Positions 62,506 through 64,000 of a stretch of DNA of 64,000 nt are shown here, one piece after another (within the stretch, counting starts at the first letter, position 1; the number at the start of each line of letters is the position of its first letter). This DNA is from Methanobacteriota archaeon (lineage in GTDB: Archaea; Thermoplasmatota; Poseidoniia; Poseidoniales; Poseidoniaceae), in NCBI GenBank assembly GCA_002722615.1, contig PBMQ01000007.1:29228-93227 (forward strand). The letters run 5' to 3'. Below the pieces are notes generated by a model, which was not told the origin of the DNA, searched no databases, and saw nothing but the letters and a program-made list of their open reading frames with translations. Position numbers and translations under genes: made by a program.

Positions 62506-62892
62506 ATGAGAGGTAAGGTAGAGTGGAAAGGCGGAACAAAACTTGACTGCCAAAATGAGCGAGGGCAGTCGATTGATGTTGATTGGGAAAACGGCCCATC
62601 GCCAATGCAGATCTTCCTTCAGATGATCGGAGCATGTTCAATAGTCGATGTCGTTATTGGGTTGAAGAATCGTGAGTTTGGACAGGTCTGGGTCGACTTG
62701 GATTCAATTCGGCGTGATGAATATCCGCGCTCATTCACAAAGGTCACCATGATGTATCATGTTGAAGGTGACGTGCCTGAGAAGTTGGTCCGGAGAACCA
62801 TCGAGAAGTCTCATGAAAAATATTGCTCTGTCTCAAACTCACTTAGCAGCGAGATTGAAATCGCATGGGATTTGACCCTTCACAAGAACTGA
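62506..62892 (+). CDS. OsmC/Ohr-family peroxiredoxin-like protein
   Basis: At 128 aa it has two conserved Cys contexts (IGACSIVDVV and HEKYCSVSNSL), as in the OsmC family. Confidence 0.8.
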   Translation: MRGKVEWKGGTKLDCQNERGQSIDVDWENGPSPMQIFLQMIGACSIVDVVIGLKNREFGQVWVDLDSIRRDEYPRSFTKVTMMYHVEGDVPEKLVRRTIEKSHEKYCSVSNSLSSEIEIAWDLTLHKN

Positions 62893-63416
62893 GTGCTTGT
62901 CTTGAGCGATAGAATGGCTTGGTTGAAGGCATTCTCCAGCAAGTCGTAAAGCGGCTTCCATTTCGATGGAATGTCCGGCTCCTCAACCAGATTGATTTGA
63001 CCTGAATCATGTTGGGCACGGACACAAGGGCGAATGTGTTGGTTTCCTTGGAGTTCAACCAGAAGAGAAAGTCTGTATTCGTCATCAATCAGTGTTACAC
63101 GAGCGGAATTCAAATCTACGTTTTGCGCATGTTCTGGCACAACGTTCTTTGGATCAGAATTGTGTTGACGAATCGAGTGTTGTGCGAGGACTTGAAGTAA
63201 TCCAGCAACGAGTTGCGGATCGGCTTCAGTCGGAGCATCCTCTTCCAGAAGTATGCTGTGTAGTGGGTTTAATGCTTGCTTTGGTTGCACTGAGGGGGAT
63301 CCTAATTCTGCGAAGATGTCAACGTCGTCTGCATCAAAGTCGGGTGAAATAGTCTGTTCAAAGTTCATGTTATCACTAAACCAATTTTTGTGGTTTGCTT
63401 TTGAAGTATTGTTCAT
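62880..63416 (-). CDS. hypothetical acidic protein
   Basis: This 178-aa ORF (or 162 aa from ATG 63368) has no recognisable motifs. It converges on and overlaps the osmC-like 3' end by 13 nt. Confidence 0.4.
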   Translation of the reverse strand: MNNTSKANHKNWFSDNMNFEQTISPDFDADDVDIFAELGSPSVQPKQALNPLHSILLEEDAPTEADPQLVAGLLQVLAQHSIRQHNSDPKNVVPEHAQNVDLNSARVTLIDDEYRLSLLVELQGNQHIRPCVRAQHDSGQINLVEEPDIPSKWKPLYDLLENAFNQAILSLKTSTQFL

Positions 63417-63454
63417 TCTGTACCAAACATGAAAGGTTCAAATGAAAGCGATTT

Positions 63455-64000
63455 GTGGTATATTTGAGGGATTCTTTGCGGGCATTGATTGGAATCGTTA
63501 TCCTTGGTCTCATGATTCCCTTAGCAACATCAGCCCCAAGTGGTATTGGGACTGCGGCTAATGATGGATGTCTTTGCCATGGAGAAAAAAATTTGGATAC
63601 ACAGATTGACATCCAAGGGTTGCCTGATTCTTTTGAATCCAATACGACGTACAATTTCTCAATCAACGTACATTCACAAAACATTCCTGTGAATGTCGGA
63701 AAGGAAGCCGGTGGTTTCCGCTTATTGATCACGGATGGGAAAATATCCTTCGATTCAAATGAGGGTTTGATTCAGAAAATGGACGAAGGATGGACTCATA
63801 CCGAAGCCGGCAATGCTGTACGGACGTGGAATCTAACATTTACAAGTCCACGAGACAATTCTTCATTTGTTGATTTTACTATCTATGGGAATGCCGTTAA
63901 TGGTAATCAGGCAACAACTGGTGACGAATGGAATGCAGTCACTATACGAGTACCAGGCCTTGTGTATGAAGGGGACCTCCTCGAAGGGGCGTCGGATGAA
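63455..64000 (+). CDS. 5' part of a secreted protein (open to the window end) with a signal peptide, a C-x-C-H motif and a beta-sandwich-like (Reeler/DOMON-like?) domain
   Basis: This ORF is not in the ORF track because no stop falls within the window. Read by hand, the frame gives (GTG 63455 or TTG 63464) ..LRALIGIVILGLMIPLATSAPSGIGTAANDGCLCHGEKN..GGFRLLITDGKISF..WNLTFTSPRDNSSFVDFTIYGNAVNGNQATTGDEWNAV... A stop lies immediately upstream at 63443-63445. Confidence 0.55.
   Translation, partial: MVYLRDSLRALIGIVILGLMIPLATSAPSGIGTAANDGCLCHGEKNLDTQIDIQGLPDSFESNTTYNFSINVHSQNIPVNVGKEAGGFRLLITDGKISFDSNEGLIQKMDEGWTHTEAGNAVRTWNLTFTSPRDNSSFVDFTIYGNAVNGNQATTGDEWNAVTIRVPGLVYEGDLLEGASDE

Noticed and set aside
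63376-63732. 118-aa minus-strand ORF from the track
   Set aside because: The plus-strand frame across the same bases encodes a signal peptide and a coherent secreted domain that stays open to the window end. The minus-strand product has no features.
1-64000. Search for CRISPR arrays, IS elements, integrases, prophage genes, rRNA and tRNA across the window
   Set aside because: None was recognisable. Intergenic space is minimal, and no direct-repeat/spacer periodicity or transposase/integrase motifs were seen in any long ORF.

Overview
The window is densely coding (about 95%) and looks like archaeal chromosome. Archaeal hallmark genes include MCM, GatE, a TFB-like factor, two Pth2 peptidyl-tRNA hydrolases, Trm1 and a RaSEA-like archaeosine radical-SAM protein. 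These are mixed with central metabolism (purM, ltaE, pyk, maeB, icd, psd, a pabC-pabB/A set) and several very large secreted or surface proteins. Gene content and roughly mid-40s %GC suggest a marine planktonic euryarchaeote (Marine Group II / Thermoplasmatota-like), but that is inference only. I found no rRNA, tRNA, CRISPR array, transposase, integrase or near-identical DNA repeats. Many genes are chained by ATGA/GTGA overlaps or preceded by a GAGGTGA-type Shine-Dalgarno, and several use TTG or GTG starts. Five items deserve follow-up most: (1) A bacterial-type AddB/AddA-like helicase-nuclease pair (1226 + 1658 aa) in which both nuclease domains carry Cas4/AddB-style cysteine signatures. It is transcribed divergently from an atypical TFB paralog. 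(2) A roughly 13-TM protein whose core resembles heme-copper oxidase subunit I but lacks the metal-ligand histidines and is fused to a C-terminal EF-hand pair. (3) A 1147-aa helical-repeat protein with an Arg-rich patch and a split C-terminal PIN nuclease domain. (4) A 746-758-aa basic, aromatic-rich orphan with an N-terminal Cys cluster at the end of a housekeeping operon. (5) Tandem divergent Pth2 paralogs. All family calls come from motif reading by eye and need HMM or structure confirmation.
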